Shown here piece by piece: positions 39,807 through 63,215 of a DNA stretch of 64,000 nucleotides. The position numbers were made by a program, and so were the translations under genes. Source of the stretch: the human T2T-CHM13v2.0 reference genome, Homo sapiens; NCBI RefSeq assembly GCF_009914755.1, contig NC_060939.1, one strand, 5' to 3'. How positions within the stretch are numbered: position 1 is the stretch's first letter; each line of letters begins with the position of its first letter. Under the pieces are notes generated by a model. It was not told the DNA's origin, searched no databases, and saw only the letters and a program-made list of their open reading frames with translations.

Positions 39807-40744
39807 GACACATTTTTAAAGTGACTAGACTGCAGCCCTAGAATAAAGCTACTTATGACACTTTAGATGTATAATATTGGCTTCCAAAATTTTCTTTAGC
39901 TAAATGCACCCAAAAGTTTCTAAGGTGGTTGTATTTTTTTCCGTTTTCATAATTGAAAAAATGTGAATGTCTCTGGGAAACTTTGTGAATTCTTTATTAA
40001 TAACTCAGATGAATTGAGAGGGTTCATGTTTGTTGAATGTGTCCTGGGTGTGATTCAAACATAAATGTATATGGAGCCTTTGTTCATAACTATTTTACTT
40101 CTTTTGTAATTGTTTACTATAGTTGATTTCATAATATAAATGGTGTTAAATAATTGAGCTTCTGTTGTACCAGTAATTATTTGCATGGAACACAGCAGCA
40201 GCCAAGGGATTAGGAATGTGTTATAGAATAATTAGTTTTTGTTTACTTGCCAAAAATATTGAACAAATTACATTCAGGAGTCAGGTGGGTAGCAGTTGGC
40301 CAGCAGGTATATCTCAAATACTCAGATTCCAACTTGTTTGCCAATAGCTTATTTTTTATAATACCATTAATTAGTATTATGTACTAGATACTGACTAAAT
40401 ATTTTATATAGATAACAGTAATATTCATCATAGAAGTCCGTTTTCAGAGCCTAAAGCCATTTAGTAAGTGATGGAGCAAACTCAAGCCTGTCTCCAAATC
40501 TTGTTCTTTTTCCAGTCTGCAATGGTGCCTATCCCTGCCTTGTATTATTAAAAGAGTTTAAAGAAAAGCTCTAATATAAAAGTAATGCTTAAGCTGACCT
40601 TTAATTGGCAAGTCAAAAGTAAGAAATGAATGCTTTTTCTTAGCTGAGTTGGGTTATTTGACACTTGAAGTTTCTAACCAGAAATTAAGTGATTTCGGTT
40701 GTTGCTTGGGATAGAAATTAAGGCTTTGAATCTAATTGCTGCTA

Positions 40745-40843
40745 TTGGAGGGCAGTAGAATGTGGTAGTTGGAGTTGCATGATACTTGATTCATATGTCT
40801 GTGTAATGATGGTGTGCAGTACCCTGATTGCTCCTTTTACATT
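40745..40843 (+). pseudogene. Degenerate U8 (SNORD118) snoRNA copy
   Basis: GGAGGGCAG-TAGAATGTGGTAGTTGGAGTTGCATGATACTTGATTCATATGTCTGTGTAAT...TGCAGTACCCTGATTGCTCCT aligns with U8 GGAGGGCAGATTAGAACATGATGATTGGAGATGCATGAAACGTGATTAACGTCTCTGCGTAAT...TGCAACACCCTGATTGCTCCT. Box C (ATGATGA) and terminal box D (CTGA) are mutated. Confidence 0.8.
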
Positions 40844-41069
40844 CTTTCTGTAAAAGGAAAAATAAAACATGAGAATAGTGCTGTTAACTAAACTATCAAA
40901 TTTATTTGAATTTTACCAGTTGCCTCTAATATTCTTTTTGTTTTCTTCCAGGATGCCACATTACAGTTTGTTGTTATGCCCCCTTAGTCTCATATAATCT
41001 GTCCTAGTCTTTCATGGTTTTGTCAGAATTTCTCAGACTTTTCTTGCCTTTCATGACCTTGACAGTTTT

Positions 41070-41366
<297 letters not shown>

Positions 41367-44345
41367 TTTGTATGTTTTTGTAATACATGTTATAAAACGT
41401 ATGACTCAAGTCCTTGACACTTTGAAGAGTAACTGGTTGGGTGTTTTGAAGAATGTCCCTTAATTTAGGTTTGTCTAAGGGTTTCTCATGATTAGAATGA
41501 GATTATGAATTTGGATTATGAGATTAGAATGGGAATATGCATTTTAGTAAGAATACTGCAGTAAATACAGTAATGCTGGTTACTTAATTAGTAAAGGTTT
41601 TAAGAAATATTACATATAGAAGTTTTGCAGAAGTTAGGTATAGAAATGATGGTTGAATTTTTAATTAAAAGTCTCAAGATGCAGTATCTGGCTGTCCGAA
41701 GCTCATGGATCCAACTACATGGTTTCTTCACATTTCTCAAATTGTGCACTTTCCAATTCATGCTATTATGGCTTCCTTGAATGGAGTCTTCTCTGATATA
41801 ACCATAAAGTTCCAGCCATCCTTCAAGACCTCAACCCACCTTATACCTCTTCTGTAAACCCAGTGCCAACTGTATCAAGTAAAGTGCTTGCTGTATTCTC
41901 TAAACTACTATTTACAAAAAAAAAAAATTCTTTCTGTCCAGGGTTTTGTCTGTAGTTATGTCCTGCCTCTTTTGAATTGTGAAATATTTTGTTGTTTATC
42001 AAATGTTTGTCTCATCTTCCCAACCAGAATGTCAGCTCTCTGAAAATAGGATTGTGTCTTTTATATTTTTGTATCCCCCTTAGCACTTGGCATAGAGCCT
42101 TACCTTGGCACGGTACCCAATAGATATTTGTTGAATGACTGAATTTCTAATTAGAGGTAAATTATCTAAAGAGTAAGCCAAGATAGGGGTGAATTTTTTC
42201 TTTGAAGCTTTATTTTATTACAGATATCAATTGAAATGATTTTTTAAAATAAATTATCTATATTTGTATGTTTTAATCTGAAAAGGCATCGTTCTTATTG
42301 TTTTTGGTAACAAATTTTACACATTCTTTTTTTGTCCTCATTGATTTATTATCTGATATAAGGGACATATAAGGAGACATATCAATCTCAAAAATTGTCT
42401 CAAAAGGTTTTATTTTTTTTAACCACAGATAATGAAACAACCACCATCGGTTAAATTTGATCCAAAAATATTGCATCTACCAGCATTTTCAGGTAGGATC
42501 ATAAAGGACTTATCGAACATGTAGACTTTGTATACAGATACGAATATGAAATTTATTCACAAATGGAATATTTGTATGTGAATAACTAAATTTATTTTGT
42601 CTTGACAATTGGTTATATTCTTGGGTCAGTGTTATGTGAATTGTAAGTAATCTGTAATTCATTTGTGCCAGCTGTTGACATGAGTCTGGGCTGCCCTGTC
42701 CTCTTGTGAGTGGGGAGGTTCCTGTAGATCTGGGCAAGTTTTCCTGTAGAGTGGGTGGGGGGCCTCCTCCCTTCCGTTCATAGAGCTGGTTGAATTTCCA
42801 CCATTTATGGCAGGTGTAGGTGCACAGGGTTGGGGACAACAAGGAAGGATTGGGATTCTATTGGCGGGACCAGGACATTTGAGAACGGGACTAGGTGGTT
42901 CATGACTGTGGAGATGGTGTGGGAGTGGAGATACTTAAGGGATAATTATTACATTTCTGTTGAGCTAATGAAAATCTTATTTAGGGTGAAAGTCAGAAAT
43001 TTTTACATACCTTAAACTTTTTTTTTTAACAAATTATATTTTAAGCTGTTAAACTCAATTTGGGGAAAATTATTCATTGTGGCTAGATTAGAATCTATGA
43101 TTTGAAATAAATTTAAAATATATTTAGGTTTAAATAAACTAGCTAAGGGTTTGTATCAGTCAACCTAATTACCGATAAAAACAACCAAAAAAACCTGTGA
43201 AGGATGTTTTTGAAAGACCAAAGTGAAGCAAAATATTAATAGTGCTTTCAGTGCCAAGTAGGTCTATTTATGCAAACCTAGAGAATTATTACCTGGAAAT
43301 ACTATTTATTTTTTCTTCTTTGGTTTATTTAGGAAATTATATTTACAATTTCTTTTGTCTAAAGATTGAGATCAGCCAAAAATATGTTAATTTTAGGGGG
43401 TATCACATTTCCTAGATTTTGCCCTTTTTTTGTATAGGGATTTGGAGCTAAAATTTCAGGTGATTTTAGCTATCATGTTATCCTCGTTATTTTTTTACAG
43501 TGATTTTATTGGAACTTTTTAATAACTGGGATTTGTGCTTTTCTCAATATTTGAGAGTTGATTTATTTATACAAAGGCTCTTTTGTCTTTTACTTCAGTC
43601 GTATTCAACTTTACATTTTGTTATAGTCTAGGTTGTGGGACAATTCTGCTTTAGACATCTGCTTTATTTGAAAGCATAGTTTTCCATTGAAGTGGTTAAA
43701 AAGTTTCCATGTGTAGATAAAGAGATGGGAAATATAGAAGGACAAATAGAAGTAGTGTCATCTTTGGAGTATTTTTGATTTTGACAGTGTAATGTTTTCT
43801 TTATCCTCATCTTAGTTGTCGTAATTCTGTGTTTCTCATGTAATGTTTCCAGCAGTTGTTTTTCTCATCATCATACTTCTGTTATTTTCTTTCCTTGGCA
43901 GTGGATAAGTTATAATTTCTGAAAGACCAAGATTGGAATGACTTTTTGTAACAAGTGTGCTCGCAGATCGACTCCAGTGAGAAGAGCTCGGGGACCTCCT
44001 GAGCCAAGTTTAATCTCCTTTGCTATTTGTGCATGGTGGCTGGTCACCAGGAGGTGGCCACCAGGCTTCTCCTTTCCCCGCTGGTAGGCCTCTGTGACAT
44101 GACTTATGCATTTAAATGTATGTTTTTATAGAGGCTCAAACAAGTGCTAAAATAGCAATTTGATTTAACTACCATGAAAAAACTGATTTATCATGATTTT
44201 AGGTTTATGCAAATTATCGTCTGCTTAATCCTTAGGTCTTAAAGTAGATGAGAGTAGATGGTGATTTTGAACTTTCTGTTGTTGTTGTTTGTAATACTTA
44301 GATTTCCATTTTATGTTAACTTGTAAGATTTTAAAAAAATATATA

Positions 44346-44780
<435 letters not shown>

Positions 44781-47700
44781 TGATATCATAAGACCTTTTC
44801 CCTTCTCATCAGTGACTGGAATGAACTGCCCATGTGGAATGGGTTGTGGGTGTTGGTTCCTTTACTGGGTCATCTGGTAAACTGCAAGGTTTCTGCTGTG
44901 ACATTGAAGGCAGACATCAACCCCCTAAGACATTTTTTTCCTATCCTCTGGGAATATTACGTTTTGGACAATCTTGGTCCATTGGTAAGCTTATGGGAAT
45001 TTGTCAGCGTTTTTTTGTTTTTTGTTTCTTTGGGCTCATGTTTAGCATCAATTGGCAGAGTTTTTGGAGTCATCCTCAGAAAGGAATTACGGTGGTTCAG
45101 AGGTGTTTTCTGTAGTGGGCCCTCATTTGGGAATTGGCTTGAAAAAATTTAAGTTCATTTGCTCCCAGGATAGTATTAAGGTTACTTTTTTCGATAGTTG
45201 GTGTGTGTCTATCAGGTAAGGGCAGTCATTTAGAGAATATAAAGTGGTAGGAGAAACTAAAAGTACTGTTCTTAGTTTCTATTTTAATCTTATTCATATA
45301 CAAGTGCCTTTGTAATTTAGCAAATATCATTTTTGGTATACAGCATAAATTTCCTTTTTATAAAGATCTGAGTTTTTAACTTTGCTGTCACTTTCTGTGT
45401 TGTGTGAGTTAAATATTTTAATTTTTTCTTTTTTTATATTTAAATTTTTTATTCTAGTTCTAATTGCTAATCCAGTATTTGCGGATAGCTCCAAACTGGG
45501 ATATGTAAGTAACATTTATATTTTAAAAATTATTTTTCATGACTTTATTAAGTAGTTATAGCATACATACTTATCAAAAGCACAGTCCTAAATAATTATC
45601 ATAAATTTTTCTGACATAATGATGACTCTACTCATAGGCAATTTTTATGGGCATTCCAATTATAAATTTTAGAATATTTAAAAATAACCCTTCTCCTAAT
45701 ATACAATTCTGGGATTATCTAAGCTACTCCTGGAAACTTTATTAACTGTTCTTGTTTTTTTATTTTCATAGAGACAAGGTCTCTCTCTATGTTGCCCAGG
45801 CTGGTTTCCAACTCCTGGGCTCAAGTGATTCTCCCATCTCTGACTCCCAAAGTGTTAGGATTACAGGAGTGAGCCACTGCGCCAGGCTAACTGTTACTGT
45901 TTTGAGTATTGGTTATAAAATACTTCAACCCTGATCCCTGTGTATTAATTTAGTTATACTTCCTCAAAGTTTCCCTTGGCCACCCTTATCTGTCCCTCAT
46001 GTAGCACGTAGCTTCCCTATGATTTTATTTATAAGCTAATGAGATTATGATTTATAAACTCCCAATGGAAGGAAGTGTCCTTACTTTTTATAGGAGCAGC
46101 ATACCAGGTGGAAAGCACCGTAGATCAAGTGTTAGAAGGCTCTGGGTTCCTGTTGCCTGTAAGACTTGGCCAAATGATTATCTTTTTCTCATTCTCTGTT
46201 TCCTGGGGAGGGTGAGTGGAACAAGGAAATGACATAGGTTTAGGATTCAGACAGACCTGGGTGTGGATCAAAGATCTGTGTTCTGGGCCAATTACTTTAA
46301 TTGCTGAGTCGAAGTTTCCTCATCTGTAAAATTTCGATGGAGATGAGATAACTACTTCATAGATTTTTGTAATTATTCCACTGTGAATGAGGTAAATATG
46401 TGATACCTTGTATAGTGCCTGATTCTTAGTGGGTATTTCACTTACAATGGGGTTGGGGTTGTAGAAGTTGCAGTTATTATCATGAAGCTTGCTTATCTCA
46501 TGACTGTTAGGAAAAGCACATGAAAAAACGGAGGTGAAAGGATTTTGTGAATTGTGGCAGTGGTATAATAATTATTCTTCGATGCTGGTAAAATATGGGT
46601 GAAACAATAGGAGTTTAGAAAATGCTTAATAATAAGGGTAATTCTTATTATACATCTTGTAATGTTACTCTCCCAAAGTAAAATCTGGTAATAGAAAGTA
46701 GGATTTAATACTTTGAGCATTTAATACTTTGAGAAGGCTTATGGTATGCTCATTAAAAATGAATCAATGAAATATTTATTTAAACACTTTTATTTAAAAC
46801 ATGTTATACCCTTGAATGGGGTGCCCCCTGTTGACATTTTCAAACAGACATTCCAAATCATTTCCAAGTACAGTCATCCCTCTGTATCAGCCCGGAGATT
46901 GGTTCTAGTATCCCCTTGGATACCAAAATTCACACATACTATTTTTCCTCTGCTTTTAAGAATTGAAGTTTGATTGTAAAACTGTTTTAATTTGAATAAA
47001 ATGATACTGAGGTAGACAAGTTCTCTGGTAGGAATCTTCTTTTATTCTCTTTCTCCATTCAAAGCCACTTCTAGTGAGGTTTTCTCTGATCTCAGGTTAT
47101 ATTACCTTGATAGCATATGATAAAGGGTCCTTAACGTAGTCTGTGAGATAACTATTTTTGAAGTAGGCATATTTATTCCTTAGTTTTGTTTTGCATATAA
47201 AAAAATTAGAATCACGTGATATAATTTTATAAGTTTGTTTTCCCCTGTAACATATATATTATGTATTTTAAATGTTATTAACATTTTAAAATAAAATACA
47301 TAATAAGGTAAACTTTTTATATGTTGTGAATATCTGATCATTTTGTTTACTAATTTTGGATAGTATTATAATGTTGGAAACAACATTTTGATGAACATAT
47401 TTGAGATTAAATCTTTGTGCCCACATTTTCTTTTTCTCTTTAGGGAAGATTCATAGAATTAGAACAAATTAGAACAAATGGGTAGAAGGCAGTAAATATC
47501 TTTGTGACTTCTAAAAAATTGCTGAAATACTCTTAAATAAATTGTATCAATATATAATCCCAATGTGTTTAAAATGCCTTTTGTTAGAACTTCCAACATT
47601 GAGTATTTATCAAATTGTGTATCCTTCTATCCTTGCCAATCAACTTTATGAGGTATAATTCATATATAGTAATATTGTAATAGTGTAATTTTAAAAATGT

Positions 47701-47947
47701 GTTAATTGTATATTATGCATAATTTAAAATGTTCCATTTCAGCCATTTTTATGTGTACAGTGGCATTTAGTTCATTCCCATTGTTGTATAACCATCACCA
47801 CTATTCATTTCCAGAACTTTTTCGTCATCTTAAACAGAAGCTCTTTACCCATTAAACGGTAACTTCCCCTTTCCCTTCCCCAGTCCTGGTGAGCTATACT
47901 CTACTTATTCTATCCTGGTGAATTTGCTTATGGTGAGCACCTCATAT

Positions 47948-48447
47948 TGCTACCGAAACATCAAGGGGTTTGGTCTAGGTCCTGTTGCTCACAGCTCAGA
48001 AAGCCAATCACAGAGACGATGAGTGTTGCTAGGGAAGAAGGCTTCAACTGGGTACTGCAGCTAAGGAGATGGGAGATCAATCTCAAATTTGTCACCTCCA
48101 CTGACTAAAACCAGGGGTTTATTTAGCAGGGAAGAAATGTAACCATGTATGGGAAAACAGGAGTTAGGGAAGGGTGAGGAAGAGGAGTTGGTCAACAGGA
48201 AGCAGGTAGTTGGTTAGGCAATTGTGATGGGTGAGGTGGTCTGGTGTCTTATGGTTCAGATGTGGTGATGTGGTAAGTTTCAGTTCCTTGATAACTATCT
48301 GGGAGGCCTTATGGTTTGTTTCCCAAAAAAGGAATTCAGATAAGACAAATGTAACTTTCTCAAGTTTTAAGACTGGGAGGGTCAATTTCTATCTTTATTT
48401 TAAAAGACTGTAAGCATCAGTTCTATAGGACAATTGGGCTGGTTTCA
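47948..48447 (-). mobile_element. Solo ERV LTR (~500 bp, LTR47-like) inserted in an old antisense L1M
   Basis: TG...CA termini; the minus strand begins TGAAACCAGCCCAATTGTCCTATAGAACTGATG. L1MB-like text flanks it (47640-47947 and 48448-48900). The subfamily call is tentative. Confidence 0.65.
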
Positions 48448-49008
48448 TTTGCAAGGTTCATCCATGTTGTAACTAACCATGTGTCAGCATTTCATTCCTT
48501 TTTAAGGCTGAATCATATCCCTTTGTATGTATATACCACAGTTTGTTTATTTTTTCATCTGTTGTTGGGCACTGGCTTGTTTATATCTCTTGGCTATTGT
48601 GAACAATGCTGCTACGAACATTAGTGTTTTCTGTTTTTGTTTTTTGCTAACAGCTATCCTGATGGGTGTGAAGTAGTATCTCATGGTTTTGATTTGTATT
48701 TTGTGACTACTGATGTTGAACATCTTTTTGTTTGATTGTTGGCTATTTGGAGAAAGGTCTAATCAAGTCATTTGCCAATTTTTGTATTGAGTTTTATGTT
48801 GTTTAGAGTTGTAGGTATTTTTTATATATTCTAGATATTAACCCCGTGTCAGATAAATGATTGTAAATATCTTCTCTCATTACACTGGTCGCTTTTTACT
48901 GTGGCAAGTGCCTTTTTGAGATATGAATTTAGGAAGAATTTTTCTATTTTTTAAATAAGAGTTTTATACTTGAATAAGGTAAATGCTCATCCATCATTAA
49001 TTTTTTAA

Positions 49009-51000
<1,992 letters not shown>

Positions 51001-52379
51001 CAAACTTTCTTCTTTTATTGCTCTTCCTTGACTTTATCTTTGAGCTCTCAAACTTGATATTTATCCCCACTCATTTTATTATTTAGGATTTCCAGTTAAT
51101 TTTTTAATTTCAACAATCATATTTGAAAGTTTTTGTTCATTTTCTTTTTCTCTGATTGGTCCTTTTTCCTAGCTGCCTATATTAGGTGTGTACTTTTGAA
51201 TTTGAGGATAAATATTAGGATTATAAAAATCCTCGTCTTGGAGCAGAATTTAGAATTAAATGTTGTTATTAATATTTAAGGCTAAGCATTAGGATTATAT
51301 AATATAAGCCTGGAACCTGGACTTTGAAAAAAAGGGAACAAAATTCAGATTATAAACATTGTATTCTTATGTCTTGAACTTGTAGGTCACTTGTTTTTCA
51401 TCATGGTCCTGCTTTTTAATGCTGTTTATTTCTCAAATGCCTGGTGATCTCTGTTTCTTCGTTTATATTATGAATAAATGATTAAATTGATTGGTATAGA
51501 AGTTGGCAATACGAGTTTCCTTTATTCGTGCCTAAGTCTCTTTCTCCAATAGCCTTTCCTTTAAAGAAAGGGCTGATATGTGGTATGTGAGGCCTGTTGA
51601 CTGGTTGAGTTTAATTTGGGATTCCAGCTGGCTGAAGATCAGATAGGCAGGCTGGAGGCCTCTGCAATTGCCAGGGTGGGTTTTTCTTTGCAGTGGAGCT
51701 GGCTTTCCTCATTTAACCCCTTTCCCGCTTCAGTATCTGTAGGACCACAGTCGCTGCTTCCCACATCCATCCATCCAGTGAGCAAGGTGGATTGCTCACT
51801 GTAGGAACGATTTTCCACGTTTACCCAGGAGGCCAGGGCTGCAGGGTTTATTCTGTGTACCAGGGGAAGGAGACGGAAAGGAGACAGGATCTGATTGGCT
51901 CAACTGTTCCTTGTACAAGGACACAATTTTTCTTTGTGCAGTTGTTTAATCTGATGATTGTCTTGTGGCTCATTCTTTGTTTTTGTCTTAGTTTATTCCA
52001 AGTCCCTGAGGCTTCCTTGGGAACGTCTGTCTACCTGTGGTTCTTAGACAGGGGATTCCTTTGTTGATTCTCTGTCAGTCTTAATTCTATTTGTGCATGT
52101 CATCTGAGATTTTCTCAAACTTTCTAGTCCACTTTTAGCCCTCCTTTTTGTTTCCAATTATCATTTAATAAAAAGAGCTTGTATTTTAGAGACTCTAGAG
52201 GGTTCAGAAAAGTGAGTGTCGAGTGTTTAGTCTGCAACCGTTAAAGACAGAGAATGTCTCATAAGTTTGGATCTGTGTTACTTACATGATTTTGATTTAC
52301 AGATGCTTTCTTTCTTTCCCTTTCCCTTTTATTTTTTCTTTTCATTTACTTATTTTATTATTATTATTATTAGTATTAT

Positions 52380-55813
<3,434 letters not shown>

Positions 55814-57232
55814 ACACATGGGTTTACTTTAAGAAGGTAAAAAATAAAAGCTAAGGTACATACTGATTACCCCAGACAACATGCAGACATCACTCAATGA
55901 GTGCAGTTCTCATCAACTCACCATTTGTTTCAATTAGAAAAAATCTCTTCAAAACGAATTTTTCTGCATGAAATACCTTTTCAAATCACACTGTGATTTA
56001 TTAATAGTGATTTATCAAATTCAGTTTTCTGCTGGACACTAAAGGAACACCTCATTAAGACTAGTGTTTATGGAAATAGTACAATATTTTAAACACTTTT
56101 AATTGTAAAAGTTTCTTTTAAACTTAATGCATACAGGTATGTTATTGTTCAGATATTTAGCACTTACATAGAAACTCACTGATCTACTAACAAGTAGAAA
56201 AGAGACCTTTAGCCAAATGCCTCTGTACTCAGAAATAAAATGATTAATTACTGTTTTGCTCTTTTCTCTGGTTAAGGCTTTTAAAAAATTTTATTTTTCC
56301 TTTTACTATTACACCATAACTTGTTTAAATTTTGTTGCTATTGCAGAATTGCCGCAGTCATTACAGTTCGTGTCTCCCTGTGTATATGAGGGAGAGATTC
56401 TCTGGGCTGTGTAGATGCCCAGAGAATGGGGAGTGTGGGCCTGACCTGTCACATTCAATTTTTGTTTCACAGTCTTACATCTAATGCTCTTCGTTGCATT
56501 ATGTAACTAGCTGGGGTTAGTTTCCTCAGTACCTACTCTTCAGAGCCTGTTTTCTCTCCGTTTACAGATGGGCCAACGTTGCTTGGGTGGTTGGTTTACT
56601 GGCTTTTCACACAACTGAGCTCCAGGAAAATACACCTGTTGTTGAGGTAATGTCTTTTATGACTGAAATGTGATTAATGACAAGAAATACTGTTGTTGAT
56701 TCCGTAATTTAGAACATGCGGCTTTCCTTGACCTTCACTTGATTTTTCTTTGTGGGATTGTGGAAATTGTTCGAAAACTATCACCTCAACAGACCTTTAG
56801 GCTTAAACATAGCGGCTCATTTACAATGTAGTCCATCATTAAAATGGCACAGCAGAGTTAACAAGGCTCGTGAACCCTACTCATCATTATTTCATTTGTT
56901 TTTGAATAAGACTTGTTCATTTCCCGTTTTCTTGTAGTCTGTCCAACATTTTGTTACAGCTAATGTATTTCCTAATTAAATCATAGCTTATAATTCAAAA
57001 TTCAAATTCTTCTGGCTTTCAGTGTTTTCGTATGAAAGATTACTTTCTACCTATTCTGTTAATGTGTATTACACTTAATTGGTAATAGAGTTTTATCCCT
57101 TGAATTGGGAGAGGCTCAAGAGTCAGTGTAGGTGAAAAGAACCAAGACTTTTTAGGGGAAATAGCAAGAGGTCCTGAAGGAGGTTAAAAGGGGGTAAGGA
57201 GAGGGTATTTTGTAGAGCTGAAGCTGGTTGTG

Positions 57233-57368
57233 TGGTATTTGGGGCTTTAAGAGGAATTGGAACATTTTCTGTGTCTGTGTTGTCCACTATAGTAGCCAAT
57301 TGGTATTTGGAGCCTTAAGAGGAATTGGAAACTTTCCTCTCTGTGCCGTTCACTGCAGTAGCCAATTG
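57233..57368. repeat. 68-bp diverged tandem duplication
   Basis: TGGTATTTGGRGCYTTAAGAGGAATTGGAA...CACTRYAGTAGCCAAT at 57233 and 57301. Confidence 0.85.
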
Positions 57369-59574
57369 CTGGGATAGTATCCCAGCTGTCCTTATAGTGT
57401 CTGGGTGGAGATTAATATAATTTCACTGTATTTCCCTTGCTTACAATTCCATCTCTATTTCCTGCAAACTGTTGGATCTCTGAGCTACTAGTAAAATGCC
57501 ACTAAGTCTAATTTTTTCCTTTTTTGGGGGGCCTAAAATAAATGAATTGTGACCTGTGTGATTACTGATGGTACCCAACTTGGTTCTCAGAGATGTGTCG
57601 AGTAGATTTTTATCTAAAAGATTGAGCATATAGGGCAGTATTACCAGGAAGATGAGAAGGCTTAGGATCTTAAAAATGGGGGTTCCTTCTGATGGCTCAG
57701 AGCAAAAGGTCTCCAGTGAGATGGAGTAGCTGTAGGAGATGGGAGAGAACATAAAGTCCAAGACAAAGTCCCAAGATTTTAGAGGATATTCCTGCATCGT
57801 CAGAGCAGGCATTTGTTGCTCAGGAGCTGTGAAGAAAGAGCCTCTGAATATGTAAAATATGACTGTTGAATTAAATGATTCAGTAGTTGCAGTAGAGTAT
57901 GGATACTTTAGGAAGCTGAGTTAGTGAATTTGAAGATCAGTTGGATGAATTCTCTTAGGATTCAGAAAGAAAGAGGATAAAAATTATGAACTAAAAAGGC
58001 ATGAATGATAGTTTCAGATTTGTTGCGCTATCTAGTATAGTAGCCACCAGCCACTGTAGCTATTGAGCGCTTCAAGATTGGCTAGTCTGAATTGAGATGA
58101 CCAACTTATAGAAAAGAACACTATGGGCACCCTGTAATTTCCAAACCCCGTTGTTCTACTTGATCTTTTTCACAGCATATATCACCACCTGGCATTTTAT
58201 GTATTTATTTCTCTTTCCACAGTAGACTACAAGCTCCATTGGAACAGGGATTGTGAATTGTCTTGTTCAACACTCCACCCCGGTGCCTAGACAGTGTCTT
58301 GTGTATATCTAGATACTGACAAATATTTTGAAATAAGTGAATGAAAGTGTATCAGTATGCTTGGGACTCCCTGTAGCAGTGCCTGGAAAATGGTATGTTT
58401 TGCTGCTGCAGGAATTCTCAAGGGACTGGGCAGAGGGCATGTGAAGTAACCTAGGACCTGCTTGTCACCCTGGGTGATGTGCTGCCCTCGTTCTACTGGT
58501 ACTTGCTGTTGCGGCTGCTGCACTCCCACTTGGAGAGTTTGGCCCAGGAGTTCCTGAACCATATTTGTTACTTGTGCTCACTCAGGTTGAGTTCTGTGGC
58601 CAGTTTGTATTCTCAAAGTATTTCTCCTACTCCAGTTGTTGTACTTTGTCAACGTTGTATTTTATTATTCCTGGTCCTGCCTCAACTGAGAGGAAAGGGT
58701 GGGTGTTAATTCCCGAGGTTCTTGTATCTTTGATTCCGGTACCGTTCTCTTCATGGGTGTTTGCTGATGCTTTATTAATTTGAAATGCAAGAACTTAGGG
58801 AAAATCATACTTATTTCATTTTAAAAAATGGTGTGTACTGAACTATCTGGTGGAGTGTTTTGAATTACACACACTGTATTGTGAACTACATTTGGTTGGA
58901 TAGTAGGGAGCTTATATAATAACTTGAAATTGAGCCAGGTGCTCCTTTGTGATGCCATCTTAATTTTGTTATTTCTCCACACCTTTTAGTTCTTTAGTTC
59001 ATTACTTTTAATGGCAAAATCTGTGAATTTCTTTTGCATCAACCTAATTCCTGCTGTGAGCAATTGGCTGTGATAATTTAAGGAGCCACTAGAGGTCATT
59101 CAAACACTAGAAAAAAAGTGTGCAAGTTTTAAGAATTTGTTTCAACTTCCAGAAGCAGGATCTGTAGAGGCTGAGCAGGTACATGGTACCATGTTTCATC
59201 TTTTTCCTGGTTTTTTAGAATTTTCTGCTACAGGATGTGTGGCTCCATTCCATTGGCGATTTTTACTATTTGAGAGGAATCAGATGAATGAAAACCATTA
59301 TAGCCTCTCCAGAAAAATGCAGTCAGCACCTAGCACATGATTTCAGGGGATCTGAAAACCCTGCGGAATCCACTGGTGAATCTTTGGTTCATAACTCCTG
59401 AGACCAGGTTTCTGTAAAACTCGTAGTTGCGTGCTTGTAGATAATTTTTCAGTAATCAGTAACAAAATTTCAAGTGTAAGATAAATCCTGAATTCTCTAT
59501 TAGGTTTACTATCAGGGAACAAGAAAAATTGTGGTTGAAGATCCTATAAGCACTTTATTTTAGTTTCTATTTTA

Positions 59575-63215
<3,641 letters not shown>

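Noticed and set aside
42412-42428. TTTTTAACCACAG as a U12-type branch point
   Set aside because: It lacks the CCTTAAC core, sits too close to the AG, and no U12 donor is visible.
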